NCBI GenBank assembly: GCA_947167695.1
Contig: CAMVIX010000004.1
Location: 1-51,304, forward strand
Direction: 5' to 3'
Source: an uncultured Clostridiaceae bacterium
GTDB taxonomy: Bacteria; Bacillota; Clostridia; TANB77; CAG-508
DNA length: 51,304 nucleotides
Shown: in pieces, positions 50,490-51,304 of the stretch
Layout of the letters: every line of letters starts with the position of its first letter
Position numbering within the stretch: position 1 is the stretch's first letter
The notes under the pieces: model-generated
What the model was told of the DNA's origin: nothing
Database searches by the model: none
The model's input: the letters and a program-made list of their open reading frames with translations, nothing else
Made by a program: the position numbers and the translations under genes

Positions 50490-51304
50490 TTAGCAGTTTT
50501 CTATTATTGAAATTACTTCTTTTTCCTCGTTGAACACTTCTTTTAATACTTCAGCTACATATTCTTTATTAATGCTATCAAATTCTTCTAAATAGTCAAA
50601 ACTATTTATTCCCTTGAAATAGTCTGATAGAAATGTCCTTGCTATTTCTGATACATCGTTAAAGCTTCTTACATAGTCTCCATATAGCTTCTTTTTATTT
50701 CTTTCAAAATCTTCTTGTCCTATACCGTTTTGTTTTAATCTTTCTATTTCTTGTTTTACTTCTTGTTCTAATCTCTTTGGATTTTTTGATGTTCCAGTTA
50801 TTAGTGCATGTGCATACCCGGTTGCAAATTCATAATCATAATCTAATTCATTTTTTACCAAATCTTCATCATATAGTTTTTGATATAATCTGGAGCTCTT
50901 GCCACAGATTATCCCAAATAATATTTGAATAGCTATATGTCTTTTAATTATATCTTTTCTTGGCTTTTTATCTTTGTATCCAATTACAAATAACGGAATA
51001 CTTACTTCCATTTTTTGTGTGCTTTCCTTTTTGTTTATTTCTTCTGGCTCCTGTGTCTCTATCCTCTTTATTTCTGATTGATTTTCTCTTGGGATTAATC
51101 TTTTTTTTACTTCATTTAATATTTCTTGTGGTTCGAAGTCTCCGCACACTACCATAGCCGTGTTTGATGGATGGTAGAATGTTTTATTGCATTTATATAA
51201 AATTTCCTTGTTTATGTGACTTATCGTTTGGCTTGTTCCTGCTATATCTATTCTTATTGGATGTGCCTTATACATATCTTCTAGAGCATTCATATATACT
51301 CTCA
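50490..51304 (-). CDS. M16 family (pitrilysin-like, YmfH-like) peptidase, C-terminal part (truncated by window edge)
   Basis: HPIRIDIAGT...I..I..E.L...TFYHPSN..MVVCGD; GKSSRLYQKLY. Confidence 0.85.
   Translation of the reverse strand, partial: RVYMNALEDMYKAHPIRIDIAGTSQTISHINKEILYKCNKTFYHPSNTAMVVCGDFEPQEILNEVKKRLIPRENQSEIKRIETQEPEEINKKESTQKMEVSIPLFVIGYKDKKPRKDIIKRHIAIQILFGIICGKSSRLYQKLYDEDLVKNELDYDYEFATGYAHALITGTSKNPKRLEQEVKQEIERLKQNGIGQEDFERNKKKLYGDYVRSFNDVSEIARTFLSDYFKGINSFDYLEEFDSINKEYVAEVLKEVFNEEKEVISIIENC

Noticed and set aside
379-51157. The many plus-strand ORFs in the ORF track
   Set aside because: Antisense shadows of the minus-strand genes, with no RBS or recognisable motifs.

Overview
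AT-rich, almost entirely minus-strand chromosomal segment from a spore-forming Firmicute (cwlD, Spo0E-like and S11 carboxypeptidase genes; probably an uncultured clostridial lineage, which is an inference). Two things stand out. (1) Apparent recoding: every 'split' gene in the window is repaired by skipping one base at an in-frame CGG codon, so that C-GGN is read as Gly in the +1 frame. I found 12 such sites in 9 genes. My manual scan of CCG/CGG triplets found no in-frame CGG in the called genes that is read through without a shift (one of the 12 sites is ambiguous). The shift restores conserved motifs (DAGHG in CwlD, WMNSSGHRANIL in a CAP domain, GIPWGISE in a cyclic beta-1,2-glucan synthase) and full-length proteins. 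This suggests CGG acts as a +1 frameshift or quadruplet signal rather than an Arg codon; a systematic sequencing artefact still has to be excluded. A tRNA-Gly(GCC) with a compensatory A19-U56 elbow pair lies in the same window. (2) A ~25 kb type IV secretion-like locus (24.66-49.77 kb): six tandem VirB2/TrbC-like pilins, a PrgI-like gene, VirB4, five VirB6-like paralogues with variable extensions and a large putative cell-wall hydrolase. No relaxase, coupling protein or integrase is visible, so it looks like a resident, non-conjugative contact/secretion machine. Also present: a ~2700-aa NdvB/Cgs-like glucan synthase/phosphorylase, a thioester-domain repeat adhesin, a REC-GGDEF protein, tRNA-Cys with a duplicated 3' end, and several families of intergenic palindromic (REP/MITE-like) repeats.
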